The notes: generated by a model not told the origin, from the letters alone. Shown: positions 28,236 to 39,160, numbered from the whole stretch's first letter. The stretch: DNA of 63,446 nt, filler included, from Dugesia japonica (GCA_001938525.1; 6 parts of 6 records of this genome joined end to end with filler, not necessarily neighbours in it), one strand, 5' to 3'. Program-made: numbers and translations.

Positions 28236-29199
28236 AATTTTCGATTTTTTTTATATAATTTTTTGAAAAATTTTTTAGGCTTGTACTGTAAAAGGCTTCA
28301 TGCTGTCTATATCTATATACTTTCACATTATTTTTTAAAATATTATTTTTACTATTATTTTAAAATTAAGTTTGTTTGAATAATATCGGCAATCCATTAT
28401 TTTTCAATTTTCAAGAAATATTTCAATCATAGTCGTCACCTAAATTTTTATTGGATATTTTGATAATAAGGCATATTTTGATAAAAACACATCTTGATAA
28501 CAAGGTACAGCTTGATTAACAGGAATATTTGGAACAGCGGTCATATTTTGACAATAAGTCATATTTTTATTATTTTGCATTTTGTTATAAATCTAAATAA
28601 AAAATTAGAAATGTCTTACTAAGTAAATGTTTTCTAGAATTATGTTCAAATAAATTATATGCTCCGTTTATATACCAAATGGGTACATAATTAAAACAAA
28701 TAATTTAAATGTAAATTGAAACAAAACAAAAATATTTTTCATATCAGTTTTTATTAATAATAACTTAATTAATATTTAAATAATATACAATAATAAATAA
28801 AACTTTACAAGATATAATAATTAAATAACATCCGGTAACGAAATGATTAAATCAATTAACAGAAATAGAAATACTTAATTCTACTAAGGAAAATTAAAAT
28901 TAAATAATTAAATCAAGAAAAAAATTAAAATTTGAACCAAAATTTTGACAATGAAATTTAAAACAAATAATTAAGCCAAATAATGAAAATGAAATGTAAA
29001 ATAAATAACTAGACCAAATAACTAGACTCTATAAAAACCAAAAATTAATCGTAATCAATCGCATGAGACCGTGATCGAGTTCCCGAGAGATCAAATCAAC
29101 ATATGGTTCTCTGTTCATTCACCGCACTGCTATCATCGTTTGACATCACTTCCGTCTCCGTATTTCCTTGTCCAGAATTTAAATTTCACCACTGGATGT

Positions 29200-30470
29200 T
29201 TTTGCTCTTTAATATTTAGTTTTCATCTAATAATGATTTTGTCAACATTAACTCATTAAAGTTTCTCATCGCCGGGTATCTTCGATCCAACCATAAGGTA
29301 AAATAGGATAAAGAGAACTAATATATTTATCTCTTACTCTAATAGAAATAAAATAAGAAGATTTAATAGAGATGAACGGAAAATTAATAGATTGAATACA
29401 TAAAATGTTCACCCATATTATATTATGGTTTATTTTAAACTGATAATATAAATATTTATTTATCCAGTTTTGAAAATATAATCGGGAATAAAATAGAACA
29501 TTGTTCATACAAAAAATCTAAATCTATAATTTCTTGTACCTTTTATATGAACAGAGATGATTTATTAATTAACGAAGAACAGGATATATTAATCCAGTCC
29601 CATCCTTTAAATTGTTTTAATAATAGTAGAATTAATTATGAAGAAATGTATAAGTTTAAATAATGTAATCGATGATAAAATGAACAGTTTAAAAGGAAGG
29701 AATTGAACAAAAATAGGTTTTAAAGAAATTTCATTAGAACCAATTAGAGTTAAATTTCTACGTGGAGGACTTGTTTTAAATCTCCATTTTAGATCCAACT
29801 CAATCATAAATATTAAAACAAAGGATAATTTCGGTTTTTTTGCATAAGATTGCATATTATTTCCTCAACATGATAATTCACATCATAAAAGTGAATTTAA
29901 ATATTATAGAAAATATTTTAAATCAATAAATCCTTATGTATTATTAAAAAACGGAATAGATTTAAATTGAAGACAAATTTTCCGATAAGTAAAATTAACA
30001 TTATGAAAAAATTATTCAACATTTTAATAAATGTCTTTGAATTGGATTTAAAACCGAATGAAAATAATATATTACACCGAAAACGTTAAATATCTTTACC
30101 ATTGCATAATTCTAATTACGAAGTAAAAACTAATGGTTTCCAATGTGACGTTTTAAATGATTTTCACGATCATTACACTTATTTTCATAATTTAAGGTAT
30201 ATTAAACCTGACTGTAATAATATATCTGTTAATAAATGTAAACCATATCTAGTATTTTATGAAGGATACTACTTCTGGATTAAAAGATTAATGAGTTTTC
30301 TCAATGAGGAATCTTCAGATACTGGAAGTAATGCATATTTATGTGACAGATTATTCGAGTAAAATAGATAATTATACAACACAAAGAGTTTTGTGAATAA
30401 ATAAATTTAGATTAATTTCCCAGTTGATATACTAAAACAAAATCTAGAAAGAAAAATAACATTATTTGAA
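29200..30470 (+). pseudogene. N-terminal remnant of a second Polinton pPolB
   Basis: Degenerate frame KGRN*TKIGFKEISLEPIRVKFLRGGLVLNLHFRSNSIINIKTKDNF...INVFE...HYTYFHNL parallels GATYRKLPF..IVNIENDDNKCF..INVFE..HYVLCKNL of the first pPolB. Confidence 0.55.
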
Positions 30471-30489
30471 AAATGATCAGCAATAGTGG

Positions 30490-30790
30490 GATAGTAGCGC
30501 ATTGGAACAAAGCCCCCCCCAGGTAGAAAATTTTTCAAGGTTAGTTTTCTAGTATACATCATTCTTATTGACTGAAATAATTCAAGGTCAAATTTTCAAG
30601 GTCAGTGTTCTAGTATACTTAATTCTTATTGGCTGAAATAATTCAAGGTCAAATTTTTTTAGGTAAGTGATCAAGTCGAAATTCTGATTGGTCGAAATTT
30701 TCAAGGTCGAATAGATGTAGGTCAAGGTTAAATGAAAGTAGGTCAACTATCATCTCGACAGACTTCATATTTAAATTTCCCGCGCAGACT
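30490..30790. promoter_or_regulatory. Probable Polinton terminal region with repeated CAAGGTCA, ATTGG and E2F-like motifs
   Basis: Begins AGTAG then a C-tract; CAAGGTCA at 30583, 30597 and 30644; ATTGG at 30628 and 30687; TTTCCCGCGC at 30776. Confidence 0.55.
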
Positions 30791-31039
30791 TAATATTTTT
30801 TGTTTTAATTTTTAATTTTGTTTGTTTAAATAAATTGATTTTTATGACTTGTTTAAATTTACTTATTTTTGAGATTTTTATTTAAATTAAGTGATTATTA
30901 TGGAATTTTCATAAAAAATCGATGGAAAACTTATTTCGTTTAAATTTTTTTTGATTTAATAAATAGTTGACTTTTGTAGAAATTGTAAAATTTGATTTAC
31001 TTTTGTATTTTTTTTGTTTAATTTTTCTTTTTCTTTTTT

Positions 31040-31451
31040 TTAACATATATTTAATTTTTATGTTGTCAACATATCCATGATAATGTAAATTCTTGAGACC
31101 AAATATGACAACTTTTCCAGATGAAAATACATTAACACATATAGTATCATATTTTGTAAGACGTAATGCTAGAAACAATTCATGTTCAAACCAACATTTT
31201 ATTATCTTTACCAATTTTTACAAATTAATTTGATTAAAATGATTACGATTGTTAACGATTGCAACCGAATGGTTTTAATATCGTATTGTAACTTGTTCAT
31301 TACTATTGGTTCTTTGAATCCCATTATTTGAAAGTTCCCGGATTTAACGAATACTCAAGTATATTTTCCACTTTGTCAACTAATTGTGAAGGTTTTCCAA
31401 TTGAAAATTTCATTTGGAAACTTTCCCTTTGTAATTAATATTAGCAATCAT
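31040..31451 (-). pseudogene. TBP-like gene, copy 1 (disrupted)
   Basis: MIANINYKG..MKFSIGKP..FVKSGNFQIMG..IRLQSLTIV..WFEHELFLALRLTKYDTICVNVFSSGKVVIFGLK; matches TBP YEPELFPGL and IFxSGKVVxTG. Confidence 0.75.
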
Positions 31452-31479
31452 AATTATGGTTTTCAAGAAATCTTTGGTA

Positions 31480-31564
31480 CATATATTATTGAATTCATTT
31501 AATATAAAAGCTTTGATCAAAATTTTAGGTTTTAATTATTGATATTGGATAACAATTCGATATT
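31480..31564. repeat. Penelope pseudo-LTR-related fragment (same family as 12190-12280, 44590-44740, 62560-62780)
   Basis: Shared GAATTCATTTAA.ATAAAAGCTT.GATCAAAA sequence. Confidence 0.7.
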
Positions 31565-31664
31565 NNNNNNNNNNNNNNNNNNNNNNNNNNNNNNNNNNNN
31601 NNNNNNNNTTAATTAATTAANNNNNNNNNNNNNNNNNNNNNNNNNNNNNNNNNNNNNNNNNNNN

Positions 31665-31818
31665 ATTCTGTTTGAGATCCATTTATAAAAAACTCTACAT
31701 CGCTTTGTGATTCAGAAATTGAATTCATAGGAAAGACACCTTCGAAAGTACCACTTTCAATTACAGCTTGAGGAGATGATCGATCAAAAATAAATAATTC
31801 AGTTTTACCGCAAATCAT
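31665..31818 (-). CDS. Polinton major capsid protein (double jelly-roll/hexon-like), N-terminus
   Basis: MICGKTELFIFDRSSPQAVIESGTFEGVFPMNSI..DVEFFING matches the Polinton MCP start (C.KSELDLF..P.Q..IE.G...P...IEF.I.G); truncated by the gap. Confidence 0.8.
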
Positions 31819-31819
31819 T

Positions 31820-32258
31820 TATCAAATATTGTTCCATGACGTTTCATTCGTTTGTTTATACGTGATGCATGTGATTTTTTGCTTTTTTTATTAGTTGGTT
31901 CTGTTTTAGATTGATTCTTTAGCATATTAATTATTTCAGAAGGGATTTTTTTTAGTTATACTTTGTGGAAATATACTCGCTACTTCTGGAATCATACTGG
32001 ATACTCCAGTAGATAGAAAGAAACTACATTTCCAAGTTCAGCTAATGCATTTGATTTTAATGTGGTTAGTATATTTCCGTCATTAGCTAGTACATCCTGA
32101 GCTGTTTTCATACCAAAAGAACCAATACGTCTAAGAATAGGTAAAGCAAATCTCCCTATTTTTCGTAACCAACCAGATCCATATTGTTTTCCAAGAAAGT
32201 AAGGTAATTCTCCACCTGCATGACTAGTACTATACAATGATACAATATCAGGATTCAT
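31820..32258 (-). CDS. Polinton/adintovirus core protein (pX-like)
   Basis: AGGELPYFLGKQYGSGWLRKIGRFALPILRRIG amphipathic basic segment, located between penton and MCP; basic tail after a frameshift. Confidence 0.7.
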
Positions 32259-33326
32259 TATTAAATTTTCTAAAATGTAACGTTAAATGTGTTTTTGAAT
32301 GTTGAGCAAAGTTGATTAGTTTTCCACTATCATCACGTATATTAATTTCTATATTGTTTATATATGATGAAGAAATATGTAAATACATTGGATGATCAAC
32401 AATTATTTGAACTACCTCATCATTTTCAAGTTCTTATATCCATACTGCTTTCAATAAAGAAACATTAACATCCCCTATAATTATAGGTTCAACAATGCTA
32501 CAATAGATGAACATTTCATTATAACACTTTAACATTTTAGGTTTCTTATTACTTTTATATAGCAGTTGTTTATCATTAATTTGTATTCGAGTATATTGCG
32601 ATTCTTTTAATCCTAATGATTTTGTTAAGATTTTATCGAATTTAACACTTTTAGTTCTGTTTGCCAATGTAAATTTGAATCGTTTATCTTGCTTTCATGA
32701 AAACGTTTTAAATAACACTGGAAAGTGTTTCTTAATATAATCATTATGTTGTTTTATATCTTTTATATACAATTCGAATTCGAATTGAAAAGCATGTTTA
32801 TTTACAATCGGATAATAATATTTAATTTTTTCAATTGTATCATCGTCTTTAAAGTGGTGAAAGCCAAGAAAAAATGTTTTATCTCCAAAATTCTTACTAG
32901 TATAAAAAACTAATGTATCCTCATCACTTACATATTCACCGCTAAAACGTAAAAATATCTTTATAGTTTCCCGATTTTCAAATAATAAACTGTGGTAAGT
33001 AATATCACTAGAAAAACTTAACGTTTTCTTTCGATCATCGTATAACTGTTTCCTTGTTATTTTTATATTTGTCTTGATAATTAACAGTTAAAAGAATTTT
33101 CTTTTCTTTATTGTATTATTTCCTTCTCAATTAGTTTAAGTAATTCATATTCAATCCTTGATTGACTGTAAATCGGCTTGGCTGAATATACAAAGGCAAC
33201 TTCCCATCCACCATCCATTTAAATTGGATTTTGAAGCTCATCAATGTAATTACTAGAAATATTATTTAGATGAATTAGTAGACTGCTATTACTAGGTAAA
33301 AGTGTAAAGAAATTATTAGATTTCAT
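32248..33326 (-). pseudogene. Polinton minor capsid protein (penton-like)
   Basis: FFTLLPSNSS..NPI*MDGGWEVA at the start; FIYCSIVEPIIIGD..LLK..PMY..IEINIRDDSGKLINF..LTLHFR at the end. Confidence 0.85.
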
Positions 33327-33329
33327 CGT

Positions 33330-33739
33330 AATTTGCGTCTTGTTTGTCTATTTGTATTGGTAATATCCAACTTGGATTTCGTATTCATATCATTTTACAT
33401 AGTATTGTTTAGTCTTTCAGTTCCCTTAGATTAAAATGCAACAGCTATTGTAAATCTATTGAATACAAACGATAAATAACAAAAATATACTTGTAAAATT
33501 TATTAATCTTTGAGTCTAGAATCATTTTCATTAGATACATTTTACCATAAATCATCAATACTATGTGCTTTATATGCTCTTGTTGGAAATTCTTTCAACA
33601 TTGACTTGTTCAGGCTGTACGCTAGCTGTACAGGTAATCACCTTTTCGTCTTTCTTTGCTTTTTTTGATCTGCTTTCATCAACTTCTTTACTCTTTAAAG
33701 ACCTGCTAAGTTTTTTGGATTTGTCTATATTGTTTTCAT
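33330..33739 (-). pseudogene. Polinton integrase, internally deleted (N-terminus plus chromodomain remnant)
   Basis: MKTI*TNPKNLAG..*LPVQLAYSLNKSMLKEFPTRAYKAHSIDDLW; QYYVK*YEY..SWI chromodomain-like end. Confidence 0.75.
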
Positions 33740-33864
33740 TTTTCGCTCCATTACAATCTGAAGCAAATTTCAGGTTAAAGTTAGGTAATGATTGCAATCC
33801 ACCTATTGCTCATTTGAGTTAATTATTAATATTACTGTTATAAAGTCAACCATTGCTTATTTAA

Positions 33865-34163
33865 AATGAGCTAAGCCTAATGCAGCCCTTGAAATTGGTA
33901 GCCCTCTCCTTGATGGTTCATTACTCGTCTCATTGATTTTCTATTTTTTGTGTTTACAAGCTTTAATAAAGCCTTTTTAATGTTTTTTCAATGTTTTCTT
34001 TTTGGCTGCACTCAAATCTACATTGTCACGAACAATATTTATAATAATTGTAATTAAATAATCTATAACATATGGTGGGAATGATTGCAAAATTCTTGTT
34101 CTAAAAGGTTTTGATTATTTAATAAAAGCTGTAAAAAACAGAATGATTCTTTGTAGTTTCATC
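33865..34163 (-). pseudogene. Polinton pVII-like core protein
   Basis: FPPYVIDYLITIIINIVRDNVDL..KLVNTKNRKSMRR..QG; homologous to 38337-38621. Confidence 0.7.
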
Positions 34164-34198
34164 TTTTTTCATTTAAATAATACATACCATTAATTTGT

Positions 34199-34435
34199 TT
34201 ATAATAATCTATATTTTTTGTTCATCATTTTTAGCTTCTTTCCACTCTTTTTTGTATGTTTTTTAAACATATTCATTTGTTTCCTTTTATTTACTTGTTG
34301 CTTCTTATTTATATGATGTTTCTTATTCGAATGTTTCTTCTTTTTTCCATACTTTTTCTTCTCAAAAGATATTTTTTTATGTTTAATAAGACCATCAGTT
34401 ACTTGATTAACTATAAATGTTTTTAATTTTGTCAT
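34199..34435 (-). CDS. Small lysine-rich Polinton ORF
   Basis: Intact 78-aa, extremely basic ORF between the ATPase and the pVII-like gene, co-oriented with them. Confidence 0.5.
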   Translation of the reverse strand: MTKLKTFIVNQVTDGLIKHKKISFEKKKYGKKKKHSNKKHHINKKQQVNKRKQMNMFKKHTKKSGKKLKMMNKKYRLL

Positions 34436-34562
34436 TTTTAAAATATTATGAAAAATTACCTGATTTTTTTATATACTNNNNNNNNNNNNNNNNNNNNNNN
34501 NNNNNNNNNNNNNNNNNNNNNNNNNNNNNNNNNNNNNNNNNNNNNNNNNNNNNNNNNNNNNN

Positions 34563-35090
34563 GAGGTTTTTTGTTTCATCTTGAAATAATTCAATAAAAA
34601 GGTGTCTCTTATTTGGATATGCTTGTCTTGCTGGAAAATCAACAACAGTTTAATCTATAGGATTTTTGAATAGAACCAAATATTGTACGTTTCAATTACG
34701 GGTTCTACGACTATCCCCTTGATAAAATAGATTTTGGGTAATAAATATAACAGCCATATTACAATGTCTCAATATTTTTGTGAACAAATTATTGAAATCT
34801 TTTTCTTTATTTGCCTCCTGATACAGATCATCAACAATAATAACATCACTTGGTCTTAATCTTTTGCTCCAATTAGAATCAAAACCATTTATAATTTTTT
34901 TTAATACTACAAAATTCAGATTTAGTCAATCCATGCTACTCACCTGTACCCATATGCCAGTATATGTTTTTAAATTTTGACTTGAATAACTTTGATTTCA
35001 ATAATTGCCATACAAACAGTTTTTTCCGGCTACCACTAGGTCCAACAATTTGATAGACTGCATCATTTCTTAATTTCTCTATCTTGTTTT
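34563..35090 (-). pseudogene. Polinton packaging ATPase (A32/FtsK-HerA family)
   Basis: IVGPSGSRK Walker A; VIIVDD Walker B; LFTKILRH..VIFITQNLF; YLVLFKNP..ARQAYP. Confidence 0.9.
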
Positions 35091-35180
35091 ATTTTATTTT
35101 TACATTATTTAAATGTATTTTAACGAATAAATTAAATTAACTAGATCAAAACCCCAATGTTCATCATTAATTCATTAATT

Positions 35181-35625
35181 ATGATAACCAATATTAATTA
35201 CCGAGGTGAAATGTCGCAAGAAGTAACAAAGAAAATGAGCTTTTCTATAGGCAAACCATGTCAATTTCAAGTCCAAAGTGATAAATTTACAATTATAATC
35301 TTCAGATCTGGAAAATGTAGAATAACGGGTTGTAAGAAACCATTGAAGCCGTATGATTTGAACCCCTATGATATAAAAAATGTACAATTAAAATCGTTAA
35401 CAATTGTCGTAAATATGATAGTTTCAATAAATGTTTATAAATTAGCAATAATAGTCAACTGTTTGTTCGAACCAGAGTTATTTCCCGCTCGTAAAATATA
35501 ACCCTTTATATGTAAATGTGTTCTCAACAGGAAAACTAATAATATTTGGACTTAAAAATTTATATTTTCAAGGATATGTGAATAAAATTACTTCAAATCT
35601 ATTCAATTTGCTTGATAAAATTTAG
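35181..35625 (+). pseudogene. TBP-like gene, copy 2 (one frameshift near 35490)
   Basis: MITNINYRG..IIIFRSGKCRITG..LKSLTIVVNM..INVYKLA..FEPELFPA / VKYNPLYVNVFSTGKLIIFGLK..LDKI*: two TBP repeats. Confidence 0.82.
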
Positions 35626-36318
35626 AAAATTCGCAGCACGGATGCAAAACCTTTACAATTCAAGTACAAAAAATAGATATTTAAATTTCAAATAATTAAT
35701 ATATTATGTTGTGGTTTTTATTATGTATATATATAATACATTTCATTATTATTTCTTGTAATTAAAAAATGAATTCATCAAATACAGGAAAAATGAAGAT
35801 AATGGAAGAGCAATTTAGTAAAGGAGATTGGTAATTTATTAATTATATGATTTTATTACTAAAATTTATTTAGGATTGCTTACAGACAAATTAGAAAAAC
35901 GAAGAATGCTCGATAAAGAAAGAAAACCGATGCCCTCGGACTCTATTGTTAATCAGTACATGGATGCTTGGATAATTGTTTTTCATTTTTTTTATAATTA
36001 TTAAATTAAATAAGGTTTTTTAAAATACTAAGTAAACAACATTTTGAATAAATTAATGCGCGATAATTTATTTTATGAACATACATTTTGTAGGGTGACC
36101 TCTTATTACACCGTTAATATGTAAATAATATACTCATAAACCATCTAATACAAGGTTACTGTGTAAATAATGTATTCATAAACCTTATAATAGATGGTTG
36201 CTATGTAAAAATACAAGAAAGAAACAAAATTATTATTCAAATCTATTTATTAATCAACAAAATAATAATAATTACATTAATTCCAACCAAAGAAATAAAA
36301 TATCACAATGGATGACAA

Positions 36319-36582
36319 TCAAGTTACAACAATAAATTTATTTCTCTTTTTGATCTTCAATTCGTCCTTAATTTTGTCCATAAATATTGATCGTACAATG
36401 AATTCAACATATTCATGTTTGCTCAATAGACCATTGCCGATCCTGCTTAGGAATTGAATGCCATCAACGGATCCACTGGTAATTTTATCTGCCAATTTTT
36501 TAATCTCTCTTTCCACTTGATTCATTTCGTCAATGGATCCACTGGTGATTGCATCTGTAATTCCTCTTTCGACTTGGTTCAT
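36319..36582 (-). CDS. Small unknown ORF with an internal duplication and an upstream TATA box
   Basis: Intact 87 aa with MNQVER..ITSGS repeated twice; two TATATAAA upstream on the minus strand; flanked by related repeat arrays. Confidence 0.5.
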   Translation of the reverse strand: MNQVERGITDAITSGSIDEMNQVEREIKKLADKITSGSVDGIQFLSRIGNGLLSKHEYVEFIVRSIFMDKIKDELKIKKRNKFIVVT

Positions 36583-36749
36583 TTTAATAATTGTAAAAGT
36601 GACTTATTTTACGAAACCTGCTGTTTATATACTTGTTGTTTATATACAAACTCGTTATATGTTAGTTTTTATTGGTTGTTACATGCTTTAAAGGAAATGA
36701 ATGGTTATTATTAATTTTAATTTAATTGATTGGGTGTAATTTGTTTTAA

Positions 36750-36955
36750 ATGACAAGGTAACTATGCAAATAATACACTCATAAACCCTATAATACAGGG
36801 TTTAGCGTACAGCCATGTAAGTAATACAAGGTAACTATGTAAATAATATACTCAGAAACCCAATATTACAGGGGTACTATGTAAATAATGCATGTTTGCT
36901 ATGTAAATAATACAAAGTAACTATACAAATAATATACTCATTAATCCTATACAAT
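36750..36955. repeat. GTAACTATGTAAATAATATACTCATAAACC repeat array (also 36115-36210)
   Basis: Several diverged direct copies on both sides of the 36319-36582 ORF. Confidence 0.7.
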
Positions 36956-37689
36956 CATAAAAATATTTTCTTATAAGTTTTTATATAGACTTATTTGTTA
37001 TATATGGAAAGGTTCCATGAATTTATGATTTTTATGAAAAAATGTTCTATGTTTTTATCATATTGTTCTCAGAAATGTTCTTAGCTAATATGCTTTTATT
37101 AAAAATTGCATGATTAATGTTTTTTTTGTATAGAAAATTGTCACTGGTAATGTTTTTTTATAGAAAATTATCTAGCTAATATGTTTTTATGACACAAGTT
37201 CTATGTTTTTATCATCAAAGAAAAGTTTTAATTTGAATATTTTATCATATAAATATCACAAAGACTCCCCTCTTTTAGTTTTTTGATAGATATATTTTAT
37301 CTTTGGTTATTTTTAATAGTTATATTTTATGAGATTCTAAAGGATTCCATATTTGCAGCAGCTGAAGAATATGAAAATACAGCGTAACTATGAACACAAT
37401 ACATAAAAAAATTTCAAATTAATATTATATAAATTTCATATTAGCATAATTGCATTTAATATTAAAAATTATAATATGAAATTAAAATTTTTAAACACAA
37501 TTATGGTAATTAAAATTAAACAATCAATATATTTATTGATTGTTTAATTCAAATTACCATAATTGTAATTATAACGAGTTTGTTATGAAAATAAAAATGG
37601 CGAGTTTATTATTTTCTTTATATGTTAAATTTGAAATGAATATTTTTTAAAAGTTAACTTAATGTTAATGTTCAGTGATTTGTATGATT

Positions 37690-38276
37690 ATAACTATCGA
37701 TTACTTTCGGTAATACATGTATCCAGGTTTTATTAACAGTAAGTACAAAGTACTTTTTCAATGCATCTCTCAATGTTCTATTAAATCTTTCAACATATGC
37801 TGCTTTGTATTGTGAAAANNNNNNNNNNNNNNNNNNNNNNNNNNNNNNNNNNNATATTCTTAACTTTTGAATTATAAAATTCTTTTCCTAAATCAGTTTG
37901 CAAATTATCTGGATGACCGTTGTTAAACATTATCTTGATTGCAGCTTCCATTTCGATAAATAATTTTGATTTTATAGGTACATCTCTTGCAAATCTACTA
38001 AATACATCGATATATGTTAAAATATACTTGTATTCTTTATTAATTCTTGAATATGGAATCATCTCCATCAAATCCATTTGTCATAAATCATCAATACCAT
38101 ATGTTTTATACGGTTTTGTTGGGAATCTTTTCAACATTGGTTTGTTCAGATCGTACGCTAACTGGATCGATAACCACTGTTTCATTTCGCTTTTTGAATT
38201 TTTTGTTGCTTTCTATAACTTTTCCACTCCTTTGAACCCTGTTGGATTTTTTGAGTCTGTCCATATTGTTTCCATT
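37690..38276 (-). pseudogene. Second Polinton integrase (rve) fragment
   Basis: METIWTDSKNPTGFKGVEKL..WL..DL*QMDL..YILTYIDVFSRFA..LQTDLGKEF..VERFNRT. Confidence 0.9.
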
Positions 38277-38336
38277 ACAACCGTTTGAGAAAAACCTTAG
38301 ATAAATTTGTGATAATGACTCTAAATTACACATTTT

Positions 38337-38621
38337 TTATAATATATTTTTGAATCCTAATGCTGCTAATGCTATTGGTAATAATGCAGCAATGAATTCA
38401 CCCTTTTGTTTATAGATTATTTTTCTCATTAATTTCTTATTCTTAGTTTTTACAATTGAAAGAAACGGCTTTTTATGATGTTGTAAAATAAGGTTTTTAT
38501 CTTGGTTGAGAATTACATTTCCTCGAACAATATTTACAACAATCTCTAATAAATCATCAATAACAAACTTTGGAAANNNNNNNNNNNNNNNNNNNNNNGA
38601 CTCTTGTGGAGCTTTTAACAA
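38337..38621 (-). CDS. Second Polinton pVII-like core protein
   Basis: EIVVNIVRGNVIL..KQKGEFIAALLPIAL, upstream of the integrase as in the first copy. Confidence 0.7.
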   Translation of the reverse strand: MLKAPQEXXXXXXXXFPKFVIDDLLEIVVNIVRGNVILNQDKNLILQHHKKPFLSIVKTKNKKLMRKIIYKQKGEFIAALLPIALAALGFKNIL

Positions 38622-39009
38622 TAATTTTAAATAAGAAAAAGTTATATAGAAAAAACAAATACTTTATTTGAGAGTCCCCGAGGAACATTACAAAATAATA
38701 AAAAACACAAGTATATATCAAAATTAAAAATGATAACGAAATTTTTAAAACTAAAATTTATTTAATAAAAAATCTGATCAATCAGTCTGTTTTGTTTGTT
38801 ATCTGGTTAACTTTTTCAAACTTTTTTATGTGATGATTATTTTTAGACTTTTTAATTGGTAATAATTTCAAGTTTCTTAGTTAATGATTATTTTTAATCT
38901 ATTTAGTTGGTGATAATTTTTAAGACTTTTAGATTGCGAAAGTAGATCAATCAATCCCTAGAGTACAATTTCATTTAAATTAGTTAATCTCATATGATAA
39001 AAACACAAG

Positions 39010-39160
39010 TCGCTGGTTGACAGCGGTCAGATATTTGGTTGACAGTGGTCAGAGGTTGGTTAACATTACTCAGATTTCGGTTGACAGTGCTCAGATTTCG
39101 GTTAACAGTGCTCAGATTTCGGTTGACAATACTCATAGTTTGGTTGATAGTGCTCAGACT
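39010..39160. repeat. 21-bp minisatellite GGTTGACAGTGCTCAGATTTC
   Basis: About 7 tandem diverged units. Confidence 0.85.

Noticed and set aside
35157-35625. Host TBP or TRF2 gene
   Set aside because: Too divergent from the highly conserved eukaryotic TBP core, intronless and embedded among Polinton genes; treated as element-encoded instead.
35770-35990. Small spliced ORF after TBP-like copy 2
   Set aside because: A GT-AG intron is plausible, but the spliced frame stops early; unsupported.
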